Assembly (NCBI GenBank): GCA_012295275.1
Contig: CM022665.1
Location: 44,640,001 to 44,704,000 of the forward strand
Length of the DNA: 64,000 nt
Direction of reading: 5' to 3'
Origin: Chrysomallon squamiferum
Taxonomy: Eukaryota; Animalia; Mollusca
Position 1 is the stretch's first letter; the number at the start of each line of letters is the position of its first letter. Under the pieces are notes generated by a model, which did not search any database, had not been told where the DNA came from, and saw only the letters and a list, made by a program, of their open reading frames with translations. The translations under genes and the position numbers were made by a program. This document shows positions 29,204-41,632 of this stretch, one piece after another.

Positions 29204-31142
29204 GTAGAAATAAATGAATAAAAAAAATAAAAATAATAAATTCTCTCTGGGAAAAATATTTATTTATATAAAATAATAAAAAGGACCAAACAAGGAACAC
29301 AAAATTAAATACAACTGAAAACAATATTTAAAGATATATAAAATATTTATATCGGAATGATAAAAAATGTATTATTGAAGACTTAATTTAAAATATATTT
29401 TAGATTTGTTTTATCCCTGTTCACTTGAAACCTGAATCAAAGATGATATATGGATATAATTTATGTATATCCCAAAACAATTGAGATACGACTAAAGTAT
29501 GTATTATTGTCATGTTAAATACTTATTATTAGCAGTAGACAAGTAACATAGACAAGTCACTGGACTGTTTGGCTGTGAAAGGTGAAATAACAAATATATT
29601 CTTATGACTAATTGCTTTCCCCAAAATGGAATGCAAATATTCCAAAATCCTTTAGTAAGAGTAGTTACTGATAACAGAATAACAGAATAACAGAAAAAGG
29701 CTTCCTAGAGGTTTTAAAATTAATCTTTCTTGACAGTAAAGTTTGTAAAAACTCTATGGGTATATAACATATGAAAACAAATATGCTGACATGGTATTAT
29801 GTATATTATATATTCAAAAATTGATTTTCAGCCTAAGAAAGTATATAATTAAGTTGATTACTGCTAAGTTCGAGATCATCCCATTCAACTTGTGAAAGCT
29901 TTCCTTCGTATGTTTTCTTCAGGATATTCAGGAAATCTTCAGGTTTGCCTGGAACTGGTTCGTTTTCTTCTAATTCCTCTGATATTTTTTTCTGTTAATT
30001 TGAATAAGAAAAGTAAGGTTGTAATTTTTGTAGTAATACTGCTATTAAATCTGCAAAGCACTTAACTCACTCAATTAAACAAGGAATGAAATTAAAATGA
30101 GTTTAAAAACTTGGCTCAATTATGATAGACACAATATTTATATTAAAACCTGTTAATGTTACACATGCATTTTATAAAATACTTTTCGAAAAAAATAAAT
30201 TAAATTAATAATTTAAAATAACAATAATTTTATTTTAATATTTTTCAAAATAACCATTAAAAACAAACAACAGAAAAATCAAATGTCTGATTCCATTAAT
30301 CACAGGTCCTTTTTATATTATTTCTTTTACAGATTCCAATACACACAACAAATGAATATATCTAATCATGTTTGGATATTCAGTTTACCAGAAAATAAAT
30401 AAAACATTCACTCTTTGTAGAATAAAAAACAGCATATGTTTCTCATATTTATGAACACTGTAACAGGTTACACTTTAGTAGAAAAAAAAGTTATTTCCTT
30501 ACCCTGGATTTTGTTTTCTTTTTCTTGGCAGGTTTTACACTAGTATCTTTGTCTTCTTCACTTTCTGAACTGCTGTCATCAGCTTTTCTCTTCAACTTCG
30601 TCTTTTTGTCACTTTTGTCTGTGAGTTTTTTATTTTTAATTTTCAAAATTTTCTTTGATTTCAAACCATTTTTTTGTTTTATTTTATGATCTGTCTCTTT
30701 TGTTTGTTTATTATCCACTTCATCACAACATTCTTCATTTTCTGCAAAATAACAATTTTAATATATTTTTACATTTTTGGTTTAGAAATCATTTATCTGC
30801 AGGCTATTTTTTTTTTTTTCATTTTTGGAAATCATATTGTATATTTATTATATTTTTATAATCAAAAGTATTTAAACTCATTATAGTTATATTTATAATG
30901 ATCATTACAACCATTTTAAAGGTGCTCACGACATTAGGTTCTTCGTGAATTTAGGAAACAACGGACTATTTTCTACTTGCTTAACAGATAATAAAAAACC
31001 AGTATATATCTGCAAAGTATCAACTTAATAAATTAGGTTCAGCGATTTTAATTTTATAATTATATTAAGTAATATCTAAAAATTATTAACCAGATAACTG
31101 TTTATCGTCTAACCACCACTCTTCTCCCAAATCGTCCGCCAT
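27244..31142 (-). CDS. CMSS1: Protein CMSS1 (Cms1 ribosomal small subunit homolog), ~304 aa; exons 31091-31142, 30503-30741, 29862-29991, 28862-29030, 28402-28465, 27838-27925, 27244-27416
   Basis: Starts MADDLGEEWW (CMSS1 N-terminal signature). It has a K/E-rich linker, SPLLLFITNSGARAVELNR, KLFAKHFKVEEQ, IGVGTPQRI and IDWNWRNIKFKRIVDIPE. The 915-nt spliced CDS is in frame and all introns are GT-AG. Confidence 0.93.
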
Positions 31143-31413
31143 GGTACTTTTAATAATATTCGTACTAACTTTGTAATGAAAAAATATATTATTTTTGAAC
31201 TTTTTATTATTTCCTTTTATTAAAAAATATCATGAATAAATAATGAAAAACAACATTATATCAATTAATACAATATGTAACAAAAGATATGTTATAATGA
31301 CAAATTACGCATAAAAAACTCCTATCTTTTAATGTTAGGTGAAGGTCAGTCGTAAAAATGAAAGCAAGAATCGAAAGCAGAACCGATTGGTCGTGACAGA
31401 ATATAAATGCATA
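31143..31413. promoter_or_regulatory. Bidirectional promoter between CMSS1 and TRAPPC10
   Basis: Divergent ATGs at 31142 (-) and 31414 (+) are only 271 bp apart; an inverted CCAAT (GATTGG) lies at ~31385. Confidence 0.75.
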
Positions 31414-32097
31414 ATGGAAGCAAAACCAATTGTAACTTGTGAGTTGTCTTTATATTATGATTGCTATTTGCAAAATTAAACAGTTGTTTTCAAAACGGAA
31501 AAATAATATTCATGATTGATCGTGGCATAGATCAGGGCAGTGGCTGTTTCGGTGTTTCGTGCACGGTGTAGTTTAAGTTTAACGCAGTCACACTGTTACT
31601 AGTGTTAGTGTTACTGTTAGACTATAAGTTGTATAACACTAATACAATAACAGTGTCACACCCACTCTTGGGAGGCAGTTCAGAGTTCTGAATTCTGTGA
31701 ATTAATATCTTTAAGATTAAATGACTGACCATGATAAATATTTAGATTGCCACACTACATTATTTTATAAAACATTCCAAATTTAAATTATCAAAAATAA
31801 ATCCCCAAAATATGAATATTTTACATTGTTCAAGATATTTTCTTAATCTTATAATTCCATTAATTTTTTTTTATAGAAAAACAAATATTACAGTAAGATA
31901 GGATAATGTTTAAAAACAACAAGACAGGTAAAGCATTGTGATCATGATTTAATAAACATTTACATGAGGATGAATACACATTTCTAAATTCAATACTTTT
32001 GATTCTTTCACACTCTCTCCACTCAGTCCCCTCCAAACAGACAAACACACAAAGTTCTTTACTAAAGAATTAGATAGTCATATTATTATTAGTTATC

Positions 32098-32139
<42 letters not shown>

Positions 32140-33370
32140 AAAATAAAAAAAATAAAAATAAAAAAAAAATAAAAAATAAAATATCAAGATATATTATTTA
32201 GGATATAACAATATTTTGTATTTGCAGGTCATGGAGACCAGGCATTATTTTCTCAGCTACATTCTTTAGTAGCTCAAGGTTTACCTAAAGAGGAATGTGA
32301 ATGGAGAAGGTAAATATCCTGCAATGACAGATAACTTCAGTTTTAATTAAATTAATTAATATTTTCAGTTAATGTTCATAACAATAACTTTTTTTTTTTT
32401 TTTTTTTTTTAATAAATAAGTATTTTGTATATTAAATAAAATAAAAAATATATATGTAAACTGACACCATTTCAAAGTCCATTCCAGCTTTTTTATCCTA
32501 TTGCAAACACAACCCTCTCTGCTTCTCTGTATTGTAATGCTAATAAATTTTTAATAGTAAAGTCAGTGTCATTGTCTACTTCAGATTTGAAGTGTTAATT
32601 TCAGAACAAAATAAAGACAGTTGTATAGTAATTACTTTTTGACATCGCTGGCACACAATTTTGAAAGTAAAGTCTGTTGTTAAATAATATTATTTGGTTT
32701 ATATTATGATCCATACTGAACCATATATATATTTTTTTTTATGTATGTATGTATGTATGTATGTATATATGTATGTATATATGTATGTGTGTGTCTGTGT
32801 GTATATTCATGAAAATGTAGCCAAACTGGGAATAAATTTAACTCATTATTATATTTTGTGTATATCACGATCTGTATATAATAAAATTATTTTAAATCGA
32901 CAGGTCTTATGGACGACCTCCCAAGACGCTGAATCTTGAAGCTAGTTTTGTTCCCTATGATCCAGACATTTTGCCTGGTGAAGATGATCCTGTTCTCATC
33001 AGTCGACCATATTTCCACATATTCTGGACCTCCTGTGTATGTTTACAGTAATAATCAAAATAATAATAGATGATGATGATGATGATGATAATGTCAATGA
33101 TGATGATGATGATAATGATGATAACATGAATGATAACAATAATAATGATAATAATAATACAAACATCATCAAAAGCAGTAACAAACAAAATAGTAATAAT
33201 CAAAATAGTAGTAGTGGTTGTAGTTGTCATAGAAGTAACATCTATTAGTAACAGTTCTAGGTCAAGGTGTAGTAGTTCTAAAAGTAGTGGTGTGTTATTG
33301 ATAACGAAAAAATCAAGAAGCATCAACAAAAAAAAAGAATTAATAAAACTGTAAGCACTAAAGTGGCAAT

Positions 33371-33402
<32 letters not shown>

Positions 33403-34762
33403 TAATAATATTAATAATAATAGTGATTACTTGTGAATTTGAAACAGTATTGACTGCAACAGTAACAGTAATATTATTATCTGCTGATGTTTTTTTGACA
33501 GAATGGCTGGAAGAACAGCAGCAAAAATAGGATAATTTTGATAAATATTAAAATATATATATAATTTTTTTTTTTTTTTTAAATTAAATAAAGATATTAA
33601 ATAGGCTGCTATATTTATGTGCAGAGTTGAGAATAAAGTATCGTGGTTTGTTTTTTTTTAATTTTTTTTAAATTTCGGTACGCTGATTTTTGTTTGTTGA
33701 AGGATATAGAGCTGTACAAACAAACGGTGAAAGATGAACTGTCAGAATGGCAGGCAGACCTAAAGAATCAGAACATTCCTGACTGGTTGATTGTTGTTGT
33801 TGTCATGGATGAGAGTAAAGTGAAGTCGAAGTTGTTACCAAGGGCATCCGTTCCTGACAAAGTGAAAAGTGACTTCTGTGGGAAAAATACTGACAGGTAT
33901 AAAAAAAAAAATATATGTTTTTTTTATAAAGATGAGTTTTATATGTATTGATTTTTAGTGTTATTGTTTTCTATGGATGAAAAAGAAAAAAAGAAATGGA
34001 AAAGGAAATTGTTCTGTTTAGTAGTTGTGTGTAGTTTTTCTCTGAAGTGCTTTGAAGAGAAATGAAGTGACTAGATTTGTGTATAAGTGTTTGTGTGTGT
34101 GTGTGTGTGGTTCTCAGAAATGCCTAGGTGAAAAATGAAGTATTTGCATATGTGTGTGGGTCAGTGTATAGGTGTGAATGTATTGATGAAGTTAGAAACT
34201 GCACTACTTGTCATTATGTTGATTTAACTATATCTTATTTATTAGCTTGCCACTTTCATTTACTCGTTTTTGTGTGCATATTTCTATTTTTTGTGTGTGT
34301 ATATTTGCATGTTTCTATACATGTGTGTATGTGTGTATTTTGTGTGTATGTGTGTATATTCATGTGTCTGTGTGTATATTAATAGAGATATGTTTTATTG
34401 GCAACTAAGTTTTCTTTTAAATTTTTTAAACAAAATACAGATATTTGAATATAATTTGAATATAATTTGAATATAATTTATATATATATGTATGACACAC
34501 ACACAAACATGACCTTTTATTATATGTATCTAAACACAATTTTATTATGTGTTGATATCAGGTGTGTGGTGCTGACTGAACCCTTGAAAACGGAACAGAA
34601 ATCAGTGGAATCATGGAACAACTTCTTTGTTCGGCTGCGGTATCTTCTGCTGCAGGCATACAGTCGACAGATGAACAGATTCGAAAACAACATGAGAGCG
34701 CTGCGAGAAAAACGAAACGAAACCGGCTGGAACTACCATGAATACTTTGTCGTTCAGGTAAC

Positions 34763-34798
<36 letters not shown>

Positions 34799-36787
34799 TT
34801 ATATTTTTAATTTTCTTGTTGTTGTTGTTGTTGTTAATTATTATTATTATTGTTGCTATAATGGGGTGATTATGATGATAATAATAATAATTTTATATTT
34901 TTTCTTAATTTAGTTATTGTTATCATTGCTATAATGGTGATGATAATGATGATGATGATGATGATCCTTTTTCATATTTTTCTTTTTTTTGTTACTATTA
35001 TTATTATTGTCGCAGGTAAATGATAAAAAATATAAATATTTTAAATATAATTTTGTTTAGTTCAGCTTATTAAATATCAAAACACAAATATCTGATTAAA
35101 TCTACTGTTATTGCTGTTGTTATTATTAAATATTATAACTGCATGTACTTCATGAAGGGGATAATAAATCTGATGATTATTCTATTTTAAAATAACAGGA
35201 AGAATTAGCATTCATGTTGGAGATGCTGGGATTATGGGATGATGCCCTGGTACAGTATGATGAACTTGATGCCCTTTTTGCCCAGTTTGTGGAGAATCAT
35301 GCAGCTGGAGGTAATTTTCTTAATATGCTGTGATATAATAAAGTTAATATACCTTGTTGGTATACAATTTTTCACCTGCTCTGGTATAACAACAAGCTAA
35401 TGTATCATGACAGAAAGTTGTTATTATGCCCAGATAAAATTAAAATTCAGTGAAATAATGCTTCATGTATGCCTTAGGGTAAAGATATTAGTATGCTTTG
35501 ATGCAAAAATAGTTAGCATGCCATAATTTTAAAAAGTTAGTAACCCTTAATATAAATAGACTTAGCAGTAATTTGCATTCATCTAGAACAATTAATGTAG
35601 TTGTAATTTAAATTCATTGATTGATGATATGCACTGGTTGATATGCTTTGGTTGATGTATTTAGTGTACTGTGGTATGGTTAGAATGCCCTGGTATAAAG
35701 TATTTAGTATATTGTGGCATAGAGCATTTTTAGGGTACTGGTTTTAAGGCATTTTGAGCATGAACTGGTGTTAAGTATTTATATTTGTTTTGGATGTATG
35801 ATACTTTTTTTCAGGTGAAGTCATTTTATTAACAAAGCTTAATTATAATTGCACCAGTAGATTTTTTTTTTTTTGGTTGCATATTAATTTTAGTTTGTTG
35901 TGGTTAATATATTTTTAGTTTTGTGGAAAACAAGCAAACACCAAATTCTTGGTAACTTTTGTATTTTGATCACTTTTTTTTTCTGTCTGTCAAATGAACC
36001 TCCTGATATTTCATCCATGTAATTAGATTTATTTTATGTGTGTCTGCATCAGGCCTTTTGTCTTTTTAACCTTTCTGTTTTCTTTAGTTAGGCAAGACAT
36101 ATAACTCATAGATTTTTTTAAATTGTTGACGAAAATAGAAATATATTTGGAATAATAACGTTATTTAATTAAATCTTAAAAAAAAATATTAGTTAATGGA
36201 TTATAAATTGATTAAAAAAGGTAAGCAAGAAGAATTATTAACTCGAAATAACCTAGAAACAAACATCCATTGCAGTTATAATTTAACAGTTCCAGTTTGA
36301 TATGTAATGGCCAAAAGAAAAGCATTTGTCAGTCAACCATTCTGTTGTTTTTAATGATACATGACATTTAATTGCTGTTTACAGTGTTTAATACAAATAG
36401 AAAAGGAATTATAATTATTCACTCATGTTTTTCTGTACAGTCACCACTGTTCATATTGTCTTGCACATAATTTATATTTTCAATGTGCTTCACTGCTTCT
36501 GCAAACATATTTGTAAACACACCTTATCAGTTTTGTTAAATGTTATTATGTAAATAGATTACTTTTATCTTGTTGTAAGCACAAATATTTTTCTTACATT
36601 TATTATTTAAATATTTTATTTGTAAACACATTGTGTTTAAAATGTTGTTAATTTGACATTTTCCGAATGATAATACTGAAGCAGGTATTCTCTTAATTCT
36701 TGTTTTTGTTTTAATTCATGTTTATTTTGCAGTTTAGTTAGGTAAAAAAAAGGTTTTGTTTATTCAAAAGTTTTATGCGTGTCTTTC

Positions 36788-36827
<40 letters not shown>

Positions 36828-39800
36828 ACATATGTAGATATTAAGATAAATATTTTACTTTGGAAAATCATTTTCTTTTTATTCTTCTTCTACAACTTAG
36901 GATCTCATTTGATCAAAATCCAAACCTGCCACCAACTCCTGCATTTTAACAAACCATCTGCCTTTTGTACACATAAATAAAAATATACCGCACAAACAAC
37001 ATACACATAAATAAAAATATACCGCACAAACAACATATTTTCTTATTTATCTTGTTTTGTTAGAAAACAGCATATTTAATGTAAAAATGTTCTTAATTTG
37101 TACTTATTCTGCAGTAAAATTAAATTTATTATTTTCTGATAAGATAATTCTTATTCTTCTTTCGATATGTGAAAAATATTTTTATATCACTGTTTCTTTG
37201 AATAGTATATAAATGGCTCCATACATAAAGGCAATGTACTGTCATATATGTAAAGTTAGGTGTATAAAATATTGTAGTGTGTCATATATATATATATATA
37301 TAAAGATGGGTGCACAAAAGGCTGCAGTGGGTCATATATGTAAAAAGGTATTAGTATGCTTTGCCGTAATGTTAAATACACCTAACACTAATTTGCCTTC
37401 ATCTAGAGCAATTAATACATTTGTAATTTAAATTCATTAATTATATGCACAGGTTGATATGCTTTGTATAAAGATATCTTTATAAAGAGCTTCATATATA
37501 TATATATAAAGTCCTGAAGTATGTCATTTATATAAAGTTTATATATAAATAAAAAACATTACCAGTTCCTAACTGGTTTCCGATCCTATATTTAAAAAAA
37601 AAAAACATATTAATATCTAGTAACTCTCAGTTTATAATGTTTTGAGGTATTCATCCTTCTGTTTCATTCATTCATCATTTATTTGTTTCATTATGGATTC
37701 ATATGTTTATTTGTTTATTTTTTTGTTCATTAATTGATTTATTTTGTTTATTGAGTGATTCATTGATTCATTCATTCATTAATTTTAAAAAAAAAAAATT
37801 CATTCATTATTTCTCTATATTGAAATACATTTTCTGATATTTGCACAGCTATTTGCTTATTGATTTGTTCATTCATTCATTCATTTAAAAAAAAAAAATT
37901 TAATTCAGTATTTCACTATATTGAAATACATTTTCTGATATTTGCACAGCTATTTGCTTATTGATTTGTTCATTCATTCATTCATTCATGTTTTTAATTT
38001 TTTCATTCATTATTTCACTATATTGAAACACATCTTCTGATATTTATGCAGCTCTCTGCGACTGGCTTCAACCATTCATTCGACCGTGCACTAACTGGAC
38101 TGGGCTGTCGCTGGCGAAACCACTGGACCACGAAATGAGATCCCTAATCAAACAGAACAAGGCGAGTCTGCTGGAGTTCCGAGACTACCTGTTTTCTCGC
38201 CAGTGCGCCCTCGTCTTCCTCCTGCACCGCCCGTGGGAGGTGGCGAAAAGAGCCCTCGACTACCTCCATTTTGTCGTTCAGGAAATGTTGGCACTCGAGG
38301 TAACGATTTAGATAATTATGGATATATGTCTTGACTTATGAGTTCACCAACTTATGAGGTTTTTGAGTTATGAGAAGTTACTTGGTTGATATTTTGTTTT
38401 GAGTTGTGAGCCTAAATCTGAGTTATGAGCGAGGTTCAGATGCACTGCTGCTAGTTGGCGCAACAAACAACATAACATCCGCTGAGCATCCTGTGTCTCA
38501 CTTGTTTACCTCACAGAGGAAGCATCTCTGTTGTGTTTTATATATATATATATATATATGTTAATAGAAAAATGAACCATATACTTTAATAGAAAAATGA
38601 ACCACTGCATATAAATGTACTTTAATGCTGATGTATTTTTATAAAATTTGAACCAATTTATATAAATATTCTTCATTATAAATAAGGACCTGTTTATATA
38701 AATACTCTTTAAAAGAAATATGAACCAATTTATAAAAATACTTTTAATAAAAACACGAACCAATGTATTTAAATATACTTTAATGTTGATGTATTTTAAT
38801 AAAATTTCAACCATTTTATTAAATATTCTTCAATTATAAATAAGAACCTGTTTATACAGATATACTTTAATACAAATACGAACCAGTTTATATAAATATA
38901 CTTTAACATAAATAAGAATGACCTCATGTAAGTAAATAATAAGTAAATAAATGTTTTGCAGGTTGAGGTACCACATGGGGCACTGTCATGTTGGGTTTTT
39001 CTCAGCTGTCTTGAAGTGCTGGATGCCTGTGAGAGTTACAGTGACATGGCTCAGATGGACAAATATTCTCTGTACACAGCAAGTCTCTGGGATTACGCTA
39101 GGAAAAAGGTAAACTGTCTGTCTGTCCATCCATATTTCTGTTTTTGTAGTACATATACGTGTGTGTGTGTTTGTGTGTGTTTGTGTGTGTATGTGTATGT
39201 GTATGTATATATATATATATAATAATTTTGTAATTTGTTTTTTATTTTATTATTATTATTATTCTATAAAATGATTATATATATATATATATATATAAAA
39301 ATAATTTTATAATTAGTTCTCAGATTAATGCCATTTTTATTTCCAAAACCAAAGATCTTATTTTTTATATATATATATATATATATATGGATAGATGAAG
39401 GACTGATGGATGTTGAATGCATAGTTGTATATTACTAATCACAGGTTTTATTGTTGCTCTTAATGTCAGTAGGCAAGCACAGTAGTAGAGTAGCTCTACC
39501 ATTAATAATTATTTTAACAGTTTCTTATACGTTTTTGTAGCAATAATGATAACAATAATAAAGATAATACTGATGATAATGATGATGATAATGTTACTAT
39601 AGCTGTAAATATCCACAGGAGATCATATTTCTTACACAGTAAGCATTTTATTTGTGCTACAGCTGAAGGAACTAGGTAGTATTTGTGGATTGGCTCCTGG
39701 CAAGGAGCCTACATCAGAACAGCTAAGTAGAAGAGTTGATTTGGCTTCTGGAATGGTTGTAAAAGAAACAGACAAAGGTAAAATATTATAAAAAAAAAAT

Positions 39801-39987
39801 TACATTTAATTTTTTTAGAAAAGTAAACAATGTATCCATTTTCCTTTCTTTTCCTTCCTCTCTTTCCTATTTATTCTCTCTCTGTATATGTCATATTCTC
39901 TATTTCTAGCTTTTCTCTCTCTCTCTGTATCTCACTCTTATTTTTCTCTTTCTCTATATTTTTTTCAATCTGTCTTTCTCTCTCTGA

Positions 39988-40050
<63 letters not shown>

Positions 40051-41587
40051 CCCATACATCTCTCTCTCTGTCACTCACTCAAGTTAATTTTAAGAAATTT
40101 TAGACAATAAAAAAATCTAATTTTTGTTTCCCATGTCTTCAGAACACAAAAAGAAACTCTCTCCTGTGGATCGATTGAGGCAGGCACTGTCATCTAACGA
40201 GTCCTTCAAGAAACATTATTTGGTGAGATTAATTAATTAGACAGTAATTAACAACTTGGACACATAACAAGTCTGTCTATTACAATTTTTTTTTTTTTAT
40301 AAAAGTGAATTTTACAAATTAAACTGTTNTGAACACTTAATTAAACTGAATTTTTGTCATGTTTGTGCATAAATAAATTGGTTTTATTTATCACTTACGG
40401 AAATGCACATGGTCAAAAGGGTCTTTTGAATGTGACATCTGTGAGAAAAATATTATATTTATATATTTTTAACAAATGTTTCTGTGTGTCTTTAATAGGA
40501 AATGCATGAGTTGACTATAAGGATATACAGTATTAATTTATGTGTTATAACATAATTCTTATATCATTATCGTGTCATATGATATTGTATTATCTCATCT
40601 ATCATATATATATCATTTAATATATCACATCCAATACCATATAATATACCATATCATATATCACTTCATGTACTGTATCCAGTACCAGATAATATCATAT
40701 TTCATAAAACATCATATATTATTATATAGCTTTATCATATATATATATAGATAAGATATATTATGATATATGAGCTAGCTATACATATATTATAATATTA
40801 TGTTTGTAATATATATAGTAATTTTTATTTACAGGAAATATGTGAACTGGCTATGGGGACATTCAAACACATTGGACGATTCAGATCTTCCAGAATCATT
40901 GGTCGTGATCTTGCTGATTTCTACATGTAAATCACCATTACATAAAAATTTTATCTTTTTCTCAAAATTAGCAGTAATTTCAGTTGATATTCTGCATAAG
41001 AATTTTTTCATTTTATTCATTATTTCTTTTTTTTTTAATAAAAATTCATTTGTAGACCAAATTTAAGGTTTCAGATAATTAGTTAAAGAATAATAGTAAT
41101 AAACTAAAAAAAAATATAATTAGTTTTATAGAAAATAGTATTTTAAAAATGATTCATTTGATTAATTATTAGAGACCTTTTTTTTTTTAATTTTTAATTT
41201 TTTTTTTTGAAAAATTATTTGAATAAAAAATATTATTTTAAATAAATTTTTTATTTTAACAGTAAAATGAATGAACTGCAGAAGGCAGAGACATTTCTGC
41301 AGGATGCCATAAAAATGTATCAACAAGAAGGATGGTCGAATTTGGCAGCTGGCACCATGATAGAACTGGCGCAGTGCCAAGAAAACATGAGCCAGCCTCA
41401 CAAGTATCCTTAATAACAGTTTTAGTGATAACAGTTTCTGAAATTAAAAAAAGAAAAAAACATGATATAGATCGTTTCAAATTTTTCTATTTTTTTGTTG
41501 GTTTAAACTAATAATTTGAAATTTTTTTTTTATTTTCTTTTGCTTTCTATCTCTGTCTTGTTTTGTGTTTCTTTTGTGATTTTTTGA

Positions 41588-41632
<45 letters not shown>

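Noticed and set aside
32955-33354. Overlapping D/N/I/S-rich ORFs
   Set aside because: (GAT)n/(AAT)n microsatellites in TRAPPC10 intron 3.
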